A stretch of DNA of 10,662 nucleotides, taken from the IMG/VR virus record IMGVR_UViG_2703718871_000019, positions 1-10,662 of that record, one strand, 5' to 3'. The translations under genes and the position numbers were made by a program. Shown here piece after piece: positions 1 to 7,497 of this stretch (its first letter is position 1; every line of letters begins with the position of its first letter). Under the pieces are notes generated by a model, which was not told where the DNA came from, did no database searches, and was given only the letters and a program-made list of their open reading frames with translations. This stretch comes from a virus. Taxonomy: Duplodnaviria > Heunggongvirae > Uroviricota > Caudoviricetes.

Positions 1-798
1 TTAATGAACATTCGTCGCCGAAAACGAGTCTGTATCATTAGTGCGATGCAGTCTCTGCAAAGGATCTTGTTGATAAAATTGGCAGAAACGTTGCCACAAT
101 GAAGGGAAACGAGGAGCAAAAAGTTCTGGGGCGCTAAAGAAATATTCAGAAAGTACGGCAAAACATTCAGCAGGATCACTGGCAGCATAAGCATCAATGC
201 TCGCCGCATTCTCGCCAACTAATTCGATTTCTTCCTGAATGTTGTTCATTGCAGCATGAAGATCGTGTTCCCAGCCAGCAACCTCACGCAACGGAATAAA
301 GGGAACTCCGCTGGCGCGATCGCCGTTACGGGTGTCCAGCTTATGAGCGACTTCATGAATAATCAGGTTAAAACCAGAAGCATCAAAAGAATCTTGTATA
401 TCCAACCAGTTCAAAACGATAGGCCCTTGCTGCCAGCTCTGACCTGACTGAACAATACGTTGGTTATGCACCAGACCGATATCGTCTTCCCATTCATCAT
501 CGACCACAAATGGCGCAGGATAAATTAAGACTTCATGAAAACCATCCAGCCATTCCAGTCCTAACTCCAGAACGGGTAGGCAAAATAGAAGTGCTATCCG
601 GCAGCTTCTTAATGAATCCAGTTCAAAGCCCTGTAAAGGAACAAGCCGCTTTTGCTGTAAAAAACGTTCGGCAAGAGTGACTAATTTGCTTTGTTCCTGT
701 TCCGTCAGACACGTTAAAAGGGGGATCGATAGTGCTTCCTGCCAGGGAAGGGCAGTTTGATGTGCTGATTCTTGTACTTTCCAGGGCCACTTAATCAT
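1..798 (-). CDS. mtfA: MtfA (Mlc titration factor A), zinc-dependent peptidase-like protein; host gene
   Basis: The track ORF 1..837 (-) contains the sequence [23 protein letters not shown]... with an HEVAH zinc-binding motif, which I recognise as E. coli MtfA/YeeI. The likely true start is the internal Met at 798 (265 aa); the 13 upstream codons of the track ORF are probably not translated. Stop TAA is at 1-3. GC content is host-like. Confidence 0.88.
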
Positions 799-891
799 CG
801 TTTTGCTCGCAAACTCGTCACTTGAACAAAATTGCACGGACAGGGACTGTTAAAATGCCAAATTTCCTGGCATCATGGCAACCATCTGAAC

Positions 892-981
892 GGAGAGATG
901 CCGGAGCGGCTGAACGGACCGGTCTCGAAAACCGGAGTGGGGGCAACTCCACCGGGGGTTCAAATCCCCCTCTCTCCGCCA
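892..981 (+). tRNA. serU: tRNA-Ser (anticodon CGA), class II tRNA with long variable arm; prophage integration target
   Basis: Read by eye: acceptor stem GGAGAGA/TCTCTCC, discriminator G and encoded CCA at 979-981. Anticodon stem ACCGG/CCGGT encloses loop CTCGAAA, giving anticodon CGA. Long variable arm and T-arm GGGGG-TTCAAAT-CCCCC. Length 90 nt. mtfA is divergent and adjacent, as I recall for the E. coli serU locus. Confidence 0.93.
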
Positions 982-998
982 GAATTCAATCACTTACA

Positions 999-1060
999 CA
1001 TCATTAAGTCAATGATGAAAATCACACTTGGAATTACTTGGAATATTTTGTTGGAATATT
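999..1060. repeat. Candidate attL P'-arm: 7-bp inverted repeat CATCATT-n5-AATGATG (999-1017) and three direct TTGGAAT repeats (1028-1034, 1038-1044, 1051-1057)
   Basis: The repeats lie 18-80 bp downstream of the tRNA 3' end and overlap the 3' end of int, which is where arm-type Int binding sites sit in a lambda-type attL. The functional assignment is inference. Confidence 0.4.
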
Positions 1061-2059
1061 CTGGGGTAATGGTACATCCAGTGTGGGTGAGATCTTTACT
1101 TTTCTATCATAGATTAGCACCTGTCCTTCGGTCTTGTGACCAGAGAAAAGTTGCTTATCCCGGCTACTACCTTCGTAATCTGATATCCCCTTGGCTTTAA
1201 GGTCATGGAATGTAAAATCCGTCGCGATCCCTGATATTTGTCCAGCCAAATTTCTTGCCTCAACCCACATTTCATTAAATCCTTTATACATGTAACGGTT
1301 GCCGTACTGATTGCTGATTACATAGGCTGACTTGGGTAGCTGTTTAGCTTTTTCTATAACTGATTGCAGACGGGGAGTCCAGGCTTTTATCTGTTTCTTT
1401 CCTGTTTTACCTTGCTGGATAAAGATCCCGTCGTTTCCGATCTGTTCCCATTTCAGAGACAACACATCGGAAATCCTTGCTGCGCACAGGTATGCAATTT
1501 CCATTGCGATAAAAACAGGCACAGGAGCCACGCTTAATACGGCCTGGTATTCTTTGTCAGTCACATAGCGCTCTCGGTTTTTGGCCTTGAATTTACTTAC
1601 ACCGGTACAAGGATTAGCCTTTACATACCCTCGTTCATACCCCCAACTGTAAACGCGTGACATGCTGCTTTTTTCATGGTTTGCCTGCGTTTTACTCTGC
1701 TCGCCCCTTTTGTCCATGTATCGTCTGATGTGCTCTGGTTTTACAGAATCGGCCAGCACCTTACCAAATACGGCCAGCAGCTTTTTTTGATGTTGCAGAT
1801 AATCTTTTTGCGTTCTGGGACTAAGATCGCTGTAATAGGCGCTGGCGAGAAATTTTTCCCACAAACGCCCAAATGTCATTGCCCGATCGCGATGGTTAAT
1901 TGTTTCTTCGTACTTTTTCCATAATGCGGCTAAACCATCCTCGATTGCAGTTAAGGTTACAGATTCTCTGGATGTCGGTTTCCATACATAACTATATTTA
2001 TTGGGGTATACCTTTGGCGGTAATTTTTCGTGTTCGGGATTTTTCCTTCGTCTTCCCAT
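1034..2059 (-). CDS. int: Tyrosine recombinase, lambda-family phage integrase
   Basis: 341 aa. The N-terminus MGRRRKNPEHEKLPPKVY resembles the lambda Int arm-binding domain (MGRRRSHERRDLPPNLY). The C-terminal catalytic region has ARISDV (Arg), FHDLK (His) and GHKTEGQVLIYDR (His/Arg/Tyr nucleophile). The gene is immediately adjacent to the tRNA 3' end, and its start overlaps the xis stop (TAATG). Confidence 0.92.
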   Translation of the reverse strand: MGRRRKNPEHEKLPPKVYPNKYSYVWKPTSRESVTLTAIEDGLAALWKKYEETINHRDRAMTFGRLWEKFLASAYYSDLSPRTQKDYLQHQKKLLAVFGKVLADSVKPEHIRRYMDKRGEQSKTQANHEKSSMSRVYSWGYERGYVKANPCTGVSKFKAKNRERYVTDKEYQAVLSVAPVPVFIAMEIAYLCAARISDVLSLKWEQIGNDGIFIQQGKTGKKQIKAWTPRLQSVIEKAKQLPKSAYVISNQYGNRYMYKGFNEMWVEARNLAGQISGIATDFTFHDLKAKGISDYEGSSRDKQLFSGHKTEGQVLIYDRKVKISPTLDVPLPQNIPTKYSK

Positions 2060-2262
2060 TAGATCGCACCGAAATCAGGTTCAGCCTCACGTGGTGGTAA
2101 AGTGTTTCTACAGGTAAACAGTTCCCGACTGACGATCGGTTTTCCACTACGATTGGTATAGAACGGAAGCCCATTTTTTATTAACCAGTTGCGCTGGTGG
2201 CTTGCATATTTGCAGCCCGTTAATATTAGCAATTCATCTTCGGTTAAAAATAAGCTGCTCAT
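2059..2262 (-). CDS. xis: Excisionase-like small DNA-binding protein (Xis)
   Basis: 67 aa, directly upstream of int with a 1-nt stop/start overlap. The LTEDELLILTGCKYASHQRNWLIKNGLPF segment looks like the winged-helix of prophage excisionases (DUF4224-like, from memory). Position is canonical. Confidence 0.7.
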   Translation of the reverse strand: MSSLFLTEDELLILTGCKYASHQRNWLIKNGLPFYTNRSGKPIVSRELFTCRNTLPPREAEPDFGAI

Positions 2263-2278
2263 AGCTATATCTCATAAC

Positions 2279-2306
2279 CGCCGCTAACTATATGCGGTTA
2301 GCGGCG
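2279..2306. promoter_or_regulatory. Perfect 10-bp inverted repeat CGCCGCTAAC-n8-GTTAGCGGCG in the 58-bp exo-xis intergenic gap
   Basis: Seen directly: 2279-2288 is the reverse complement of 2297-2306. No U-run follows on the coding (minus) strand, so it is not an intrinsic terminator. It may be an operator or RNA processing element controlling xis-int. Confidence 0.4.
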
Positions 2307-2320
2307 ATCAGGGTTGAACA

Positions 2321-4759
2321 TTAAAAATCAGCCTGACTCGGGAACAGTTTTTGCCAGATAGCTGAAACGTATTTTGCCTGGTAACGCGCATCGTGCAGGG
2401 CATTATGGCGTTCACCCTCAAATGTGGTGACGTTGCGGGCATCGAAATCCATCACCAACCCCAGAGCGACCATCGTTCTTACATCGCGATCATTGGTGTA
2501 ACGCCACGGGCAGGGGATCTCCTGCCGTTCATATGAACGGCGTAAAATCACGTTGTCGAAGTTGGCTCCATTTCCCCAGACCTGAACAAAAAACTCACCG
2601 GAGTTTTCGTCTATAAATTCCCGTAATTGTAAAAGCGCATCATCAAGCGGTATTCGATCAGCTAAAATGGCGGCACGGGCTTCGCCAGAGCGTTGAAGCC
2701 ACCATTCGATGGTGCTTATGTCTACAGTGCCGCCACATGTACCCATATCAATTATTTTGCTGAATTCAGGCCCCTGCTCTCCGGTTTGTGGATCGAAAAA
2801 TACAGCGCCTATTGAGGCTATTGGTGCGTCAGGATTTTTGCCCATTGTTTCAAGGTCAATCATCAGATGGTGCCACAACCTGTTGGTGGATGTGATTTCA
2901 CGATGACCGTTCACCTTAATTAAGGGATTTGCTGTCTCGCCTGTTTCATTATTGCCATTGGCATGTTGATCGCCTTCGGTGCACTCCTTGTTCGGGAGTC
3001 CGGCACTTTCCATTTCCTCCGGATCTTTTTCCCGTGCTTCATCCTGGCTTTCTTCGTTGAATGTCTCCTGGTAGGTTGCGTCACCCATCACTGCGCCACA
3101 ATCAGGGCAGTTACCACCACCAGTCTGATTGCATGCGGTACAAACTTTTTCCTCTTCCTGTTGCACTACTGGTTCAGGTTGTTTCGTTTCTGGCTCGTTT
3201 TGTAACGCATTTGGGCTGTTTTGTTCCGCTTTCTGACCGTTCTGTTCCGTTTCTTGCTGGTTCTGGTTCACAGAATCGCAGGTTTCAATCCCCTTAACCC
3301 ATTTTGGATCATTCGGGTCGCTAATCCCTTCAACAAACTCACCACGAGAAGCGGCAAGCAATTTGTCGGCATCTGGTCGACTGATGTCTGCTGCCTCCAT
3401 AATTTTATTTACTTCTTCAGCAGTAACTTTTACCTGTGACTTGTCATCCAGCGGCTGCGGGTCCTGATGATGTTCAACTGTATCCGCTGCCATTGTTTCA
3501 GCCGTTGCCTGTTCATCTGCCATTGCGCCAGATGGTTGCGGGTTTTCTTCATTATTTTTTTCTTCTTCTGTTTTGCACTCAGCAGCCAGTCCGCCGTTAA
3601 TTTCTTCCAGGATATCTTTTTCCGGTGTATGCCGGGCAGCCGTGAGAGTTTCAGTTGTGGGATTCTCGTGATCGGTCTCTGTCAGGTTGGCATTGATATA
3701 CCCCTGAAGACGTCCCGGGTAGTGATAAAACTCAGGGGGGGCGCTCCGGATAAGTGCAAAAATAGCTGCGCGGGAATAGTCCAGGATACCAGGGGTTGCG
3801 CGAAGTGCTGGGGACCATTCCCTGAACGGACTTTCTTTTTTCAGGACGATTTCTTTTGCGCGACGATAAACGCTCACGGGTATTTCATAAATATTAAAAT
3901 CCATCGGAAGTGTGGCTGCTGCAATCTCCACATCCAGAGTATCGAGGGTGTGTACTAAATCAGGATTACGATCCGTTTTATTTCCGCCACCGGCATTTGC
4001 ACCGGAAGCCGTGCGGGTGATGCGAGAAACACGATTTCCTTTCATCCACTCTTTTGTCAGCAGACCTCGATCGGTATAGTCAGCGTCCAGGTATGCTTCG
4101 AAAAAAGCAGTCATTAACCCCAGACTGGAATTAACGGGATTAGGGAAAACTTTGTCTGTGTCGCGTACCAGTTTATGAAGGTCGCGAATCTCCAGCGGGT
4201 CGAGCAGCTTTGTGTTGTGGGAAATAGCCAGGGCAGTAACAGCCGGCAGTTCTTCAGCTCGTGCGATATGTAATGCCTGAAGTTCTTCCCGTGAAACGTG
4301 CGTTACCGGTTTTTCGCTGCCATGTTGCGCAAGCCAGCGAATGGGCAGTTCCTGACCGGAAATCGGCAGGAGCATATTATCCTCAATCTCAGCCATGTTT
4401 TCGCCATTGACGTTGGTATTGTCAGTGCTGGCTGGTTTGTCCTGAACTGAGGGGGAGGGCGCTATAAATATCATTGTGATGCCATCTTCCCCGCCTTTTT
4501 CATAGCGGTTGCAGAATTCAGTATCAAACACGCCTTCCGGTGGAAGGTCATTCACAACGGGGAAATGGACGCGGACGGGTTTTTTGAAATCATCTGCGTC
4601 GTAGCCTGCCTCGTCCATTGCAACAACGCACCGTGAGATGGCAACAGATAATTTTTTTGCTGTAGTCCAGTAAAAACCTCCTTTAATCCCAAGGCGTTTT
4701 CTGACCTTGTCATTTTTTGCTTCGCAATATAGCGAAAATTCTTCTTTATCAGTGCTCAT
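2321..4759 (-). CDS. Prophage exonuclease: RecE/exonuclease VIII-like N-terminal and central scaffold fused to a C-terminal DnaQ-like DEDDh 3'-5' exonuclease domain
   Basis: 812 aa with GAGGT SD 7 nt upstream of the ATG. Residues about 110-260 (NTNVNGENM...[26 protein letters not shown]...[30 protein letters not shown]) match what I remember of Rac RecE. An acidic low-complexity linker spans aa about 375-620 and contains a C-x2-C-x8-C-x2-C motif ([16 protein letters not shown], about nt 3095-3142). The C-terminal about 180 aa carry DEDDh motifs: MIDLETMG (Exo I), FDNVIL (Exo II) and [13 protein letters not shown] (Exo III), at about nt 2345-2890. Confidence 0.8.
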   Translation of the reverse strand: MSTDKEEFSLYCEAKNDKVRKRLGIKGGFYWTTAKKLSVAISRCVVAMDEAGYDADDFKKPVRVHFPVVNDLPPEGVFDTEFCNRYEKGGEDGITMIFIAPSPSVQDKPASTDNTNVNGENMAEIEDNMLLPISGQELPIRWLAQHGSEKPVTHVSREELQALHIARAEELPAVTALAISHNTKLLDPLEIRDLHKLVRDTDKVFPNPVNSSLGLMTAFFEAYLDADYTDRGLLTKEWMKGNRVSRITRTASGANAGGGNKTDRNPDLVHTLDTLDVEIAAATLPMDFNIYEIPVSVYRRAKEIVLKKESPFREWSPALRATPGILDYSRAAIFALIRSAPPEFYHYPGRLQGYINANLTETDHENPTTETLTAARHTPEKDILEEINGGLAAECKTEEEKNNEENPQPSGAMADEQATAETMAADTVEHHQDPQPLDDKSQVKVTAEEVNKIMEAADISRPDADKLLAASRGEFVEGISDPNDPKWVKGIETCDSVNQNQQETEQNGQKAEQNSPNALQNEPETKQPEPVVQQEEEKVCTACNQTGGGNCPDCGAVMGDATYQETFNEESQDEAREKDPEEMESAGLPNKECTEGDQHANGNNETGETANPLIKVNGHREITSTNRLWHHLMIDLETMGKNPDAPIASIGAVFFDPQTGEQGPEFSKIIDMGTCGGTVDISTIEWWLQRSGEARAAILADRIPLDDALLQLREFIDENSGEFFVQVWGNGANFDNVILRRSYERQEIPCPWRYTNDRDVRTMVALGLVMDFDARNVTTFEGERHNALHDARYQAKYVSAIWQKLFPSQADF

Positions 4760-4851
4760 GGATAAACCTCATAACTATTTTAAGGTTGTACGAACCCCTG
4801 CCATTGCTGGCATGCTTAATCAACGGGTATGGCGTTAATACGGCTGCTGGG

Positions 4852-5040
4852 TTATCCAGCCGGTGTTTCGTTATTCAGGTACAGCGATACTTTTTTTAAC
4901 GGGAGGCATTCACCAGAAATTTTTTGCTCGTCTCTTGCCTGGAGGCAGGATTCTTTACTGGCATAAATTCCGGTAATCACATTCTGTGATTCACCCGTTA
5001 TAAGAAAAACCGTCATCACCAGTGCAAATGCTGAAGTCAT
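4852..5040 (-). CDS. Hypothetical small protein with hydrophobic N-terminus (possible signal or membrane anchor)
   Basis: 62 aa. Its start overlaps the stop of the upstream small ORF (ATGA-type coupling). The N-terminus MTSAFALVMTVFLITG is hydrophobic. It sits between rha and exo, where lambdoid phages carry kil/cIII-type small genes. No family recognised. Confidence 0.4.
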   Translation of the reverse strand: MTSAFALVMTVFLITGESQNVITGIYASKESCLQARDEQKISGECLPLKKVSLYLNNETPAG

Positions 5041-5225
5041 TGACGTTCTCCGAAAATACCAAGTTCAAGAAGGGCAATTCTGGAGAGTATGGAATTATCA
5101 TTGAGAAGATAAGGCTCATATTTTCTCATCTTAATGGCATCTTCAGTAAACTCCCGGTTACTGAGCAGAACACCAATATCAAAACACCCTTCAGACGTAT
5201 TAACGTTTGGTAATAACGTTTCCAT
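5037..5225 (-). CDS. Hypothetical small prophage protein
   Basis: 62 aa with GAGGA SD 8 nt upstream of the ATG, lying 10 bp after the Rha stop and translationally coupled to the next ORF. No family recognised. Confidence 0.45.
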   Translation of the reverse strand: METLLPNVNTSEGCFDIGVLLSNREFTEDAIKMRKYEPYLLNDNSILSRIALLELGIFGERQ

Positions 5226-5235
5226 TATCGCGTCC

Positions 5236-5793
5236 TCAACAATGAATTTTTAGTAATTGCTCCACAGTCATATTTTTAATTGCGCTCCGGTTTACAAGAG
5301 TCCAGCCTTGTTTCTCCAGATAAAACTGGAAGGTATCCAGGGTGCAGACCATTGCACCATCAGGAACGGTTTCAGTGAATTTGATATTGCCGTGTTCGTC
5401 GAGACGGATAACCAGGGTACGTCCGTCCCCGTGAATCATTTTGTCGGGAGACGGGGCGTTATTCTGGCGCAGTTCTTTCTCCATGCGATCGAACTCAGCG
5501 ATGTAGGCTTCTTTAAATGCAGCGGCTTTTTTGCCGGTGAAGCCCATCACCAGGAAAACGAAGCCGTTTTTGGTGATTTGGTACATAGGGAGTTTGCGCC
5601 CGGTTGAGTCGGTATATTCACTGGGCGAAAAATTTCGCTCAGTGAATTCTGCTGAACAGTCTAGACGTGAAATTTTTGCCAGTACATCTTTGTGTGGTTT
5701 CCGGAAATACTCGGCAACAGCTAAAGAGGATGTAACAGCACGCCCATTGGCGATAGTAATTTCAGGGTGAGAAAGGGCAGGGATAGTAGCCAT
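5236..5793 (-). CDS. Rha-family phage regulatory protein (Phage_pRha domain)
   Basis: The segment AVTSSLAVAEYFRKPHKDVLAKI...LPMYQITKNGFVFLVMGFTGKKAAAFKEAYIAEFDRME matches the Rha domain pattern. The track ORF runs to 6087 (283 aa), but the Rha domain begins at about aa 110 and an intrinsic terminator lies inside the extension. I therefore prefer the internal start at 5793 (GGAGG 8 nt upstream, product MATIPALSHPEITIANGR..., 185 aa). Alternative starts are 5820 or 6087. Confidence 0.75.
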   Translation of the reverse strand: MATIPALSHPEITIANGRAVTSSLAVAEYFRKPHKDVLAKISRLDCSAEFTERNFSPSEYTDSTGRKLPMYQITKNGFVFLVMGFTGKKAAAFKEAYIAEFDRMEKELRQNNAPSPDKMIHGDGRTLVIRLDEHGNIKFTETVPDGAMVCTLDTFQFYLEKQGWTLVNRSAIKNMTVEQLLKIHC

Positions 5794-5957
5794 GATGGCA
5801 GCCTCCATGATGAATTTCATTAACTCACCACCGGAGGTAGCAATCTCATGGGTGGTGAGACGCACAGGGTTGCTACAACCGGTCATCATGGAACCCGGCC
5901 AGCCTTGCGGCTGCCCTGCACGCCCCACCATAATCTGAATGTGGCTGTGCATTACGC

Positions 5958-5982
5958 ATAAAAAAACCGCCTGAGCGCGGTT
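5958..5982 (-). terminator. Rho-independent terminator for leftward transcription (tL1-like)
   Basis: On the minus strand: stem AACCGC / GCGGTT with loop GCTCAG, followed by T-run TTTTTTT-AT (plus strand A7 at 5960-5966 precedes the hairpin at 5965-5982). No T-run follows on the plus strand, so it is unidirectional. Confidence 0.55.
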
Positions 5983-6574
5983 ATGCGCCATGATGAACAT
6001 CGGGGTAGCAATCCCGGCACCCGCTTTATGAGGTGCAGGTGCACTATAATTCCACCCGTTCTGGTTTTCAATAGCTACATTCAACATTTTCTCTTACCTT
6101 TCATCACCGAAGTGAACTTTGTCGATGCAGTGCCTGGTGCCTCCAGGTGACGTTAACCAGTTAACAATTAACGCCGGAATACAGAAGTATGCCCGTTACG
6201 CCCCGTAAAAGACCACTTTACGGTTTTAACTGTTCCGCGTGCGCTTAGCCGCATTCACCGCATCACAAAATTCACTTTAAAAAGGGTGGCAGAGCAGTCA
6301 CGGAGTAGAACTGATGCCACCAAAGACTACACATGGGTATTGTGGCGGGGCTGTCACTTAAGCGTATGGTCAACCTGACAACCCGGTGCATTTTCTGGAG
6401 CAATGGAGGAAACCCCAGCCATACTTACCGCCGCGCCATTTCGCGGATTGCCACAACCGGAAGCGCACGGTCGAAGAAATCTAACGACAAGCCTTCTAAG
6501 GGAAAGAGCTTCGCCGTACGCTTTCGCGTTGTGTGCCTGCTTTTAACCACGTCAGGCGAGGTGGTTTCCGTCGT

Positions 6575-6624
6575 TCCCCAACGACAGGAAATCTGTATAA
6601 TCTGGATATCCCCAACAACAGGAA
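6575..6624. promoter_or_regulatory. Two 16-bp direct repeats TCCCCAAC(G/A)ACAGGAA (6575-6590, 6609-6624) flanking a TG-TATAAT element (6594-6601)
   Basis: The repeats are 15/16 identical and 34 bp apart, which is not a multiple of 3 and argues against coding. A perfect -10 hexamer lies between them. Candidate promoter and regulator binding sites upstream of the + strand 2-TM gene. Confidence 0.4.
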
Positions 6625-6799
6625 GGTGTTTTATATGGTGGTTCAAAAGAATTGTTCAGGTACTGGTAAGCCTGCGGACAGGGCGGACATTCCGAATACC
6701 AGGAAACATATACCTGAGAAAAACATACGACCAAAACCATCTCCAGCTCCTTCAGAGGAGAGGGGGAACAGCAACAATCAAGCAAGCAGGTGATGATAT

Positions 6800-7246
6800 A
6801 TGGACCGGGATGATATTCTTGACAGGGTTTTATATGGCTATTTTCTTGAACAACTATTCTCTGTAGCGACTGGTCGTCTCGATAAACTTCTCTCAGTGGT
6901 GAGTATTATCCTCGGTTCATCTGTCATTGGTGGATTTATTCCTGAAGTTTCTGGAGTTCTCATTGTTGTGATAGCAACCGTTCAAACGATTTACGGATTC
7001 GGACAAAAGTCAGGTAACGCAATGAGAAAATCCGCAGAATATCTGCAGCTTTATGATGATGCAGAAAAATATTCCGATTCGGAATTGAAAATTCAGTTAA
7101 AGCTTCTGGAAAAAACAGATGATAATATTTGGTCGTCGCTTAAAGATATCGCAATCTTAAAAACCCGGATCAAAATAGGAATCTCCGTAGAACAACAAGA
7201 GAAACTGTCTGCAAAATCCAAATTGATGCGATTCCTTTGTGGTTAG
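6800..7246 (+). CDS. AT-rich moron gene encoding a 148-aa two-TM membrane protein with a charged helical C-terminal tail; candidate superinfection-exclusion or abortive-infection effector
   Basis: AGGTGA SD 7 nt upstream of the ATG. GC content is about 33-35 percent against about 50 percent in flanks (two 60-nt lines counted by hand). Predicted TM1 LLSVVSIILGSSVIGGFI and TM2 VLIVVIATVQTIYGF, followed by a Lys/Glu-rich helical tail. It runs opposite to the surrounding leftward operon, in the position that sieB occupies in Rac-type prophages. No family recognised with certainty. Confidence 0.6.
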   Translation: MDRDDILDRVLYGYFLEQLFSVATGRLDKLLSVVSIILGSSVIGGFIPEVSGVLIVVIATVQTIYGFGQKSGNAMRKSAEYLQLYDDAEKYSDSELKIQLKLLEKTDDNIWSSLKDIAILKTRIKIGISVEQQEKLSAKSKLMRFLCG

Positions 7247-7344
7247 GAATACCCAGATTGTTAAAGATCATGCCGGATGCTTACCCGTGTCCGGCGAACG
7301 TATTCCACTTCGCCTGTGGAGAACTCTTTAATTACTAACCTTCA

Positions 7345-7497
7345 TCAGTCAGAGTTTCTTGCTAACCAGCGACGCGCGCCAGCTGCGGTTTTAAACGTTT
7401 TGCTTCTGGTATACGTCATCGCGGTAAACGTGCCGTCCTGGTTGGGAAACACGCCGCATACCAGAGATTCGTTGTTGCCAAGATTGAGCGTATCCAT
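7345..7497 (-). CDS. Small prophage protein, YdaF-like (DUF1391-like), 50 aa
   Basis: Below the 60-aa cutoff of the track and found by manual translation: ATG at 7497 with GAGGT SD 5 nt upstream, product MDTLNLGNNESLVCGVFPNQDGTFTAMTYTRSKTFKTAAGARRWLARNSD, stop TGA at 7345-7347. It resembles my recollection of Rac YdaF and lies between the repressor operon and the sieB-position gene as in Rac. The overlapping + strand ORF 7277..7537 is rejected. Confidence 0.5.
   Translation of the reverse strand: MDTLNLGNNESLVCGVFPNQDGTFTAMTYTRSKTFKTAAGARRWLARNSD

Noticed and set aside
822-1200. Plus-strand track ORFs 822..1007 and 832..1200
   Set aside because: They overlap the tRNA-Ser gene and the 3' end of int, have no RBS and an implausible composition. 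They are frame artefacts.
1332-3958. Eight plus-strand track ORFs inside int and the exonuclease gene (1332..1568 through 3467..3958)
   Set aside because: They are antisense shadow ORFs within well-supported minus-strand genes. Their translations are Cys/Phe/Leu-rich nonsense with no RBS.
4717-5770. Plus-strand track ORFs 4717..4899, 5022..5213, 5257..5607 and 5531..5770
   Set aside because: They are antisense to the small-ORF pair and the Rha gene, with no start context. Shadow ORFs.
6480-6520. boxA-like GCTCTTT motif with adjacent small hairpin (possible nut site) on the minus strand
   Set aside because: The match is only a 7-nt core, the adjacent hairpin has a 2-nt loop, and it is about 1.2 kb from the putative leftward promoter. 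Too weak to call.
6088-6799. Retron or type III toxin-antitoxin RNA in the non-coding region
   Set aside because: There is no reverse transcriptase or ToxN-like gene nearby and no tandem repeat array of the type III kind. Only a generic non-coding RNA or regulatory possibility is retained as a finding.
6333-6866. Four overlapping track ORFs on both strands, including the 177-aa 6333..6866 (+)
   Set aside because: They are mutually overlapping in different frames, lack RBSs and have implausible compositions (one is Cys/Pro/Tyr-rich). The direct repeats inside are 34 bp apart, which breaks frame. Treated as non-coding.
7272-7295. Inverted repeat GCCGGA-n12-TCCGGC between the convergent 2-TM and ydaF-like genes as a bidirectional terminator
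   Set aside because: The loop is 12 nt and there is no flanking T-run on either strand, so it is not a convincing intrinsic terminator.
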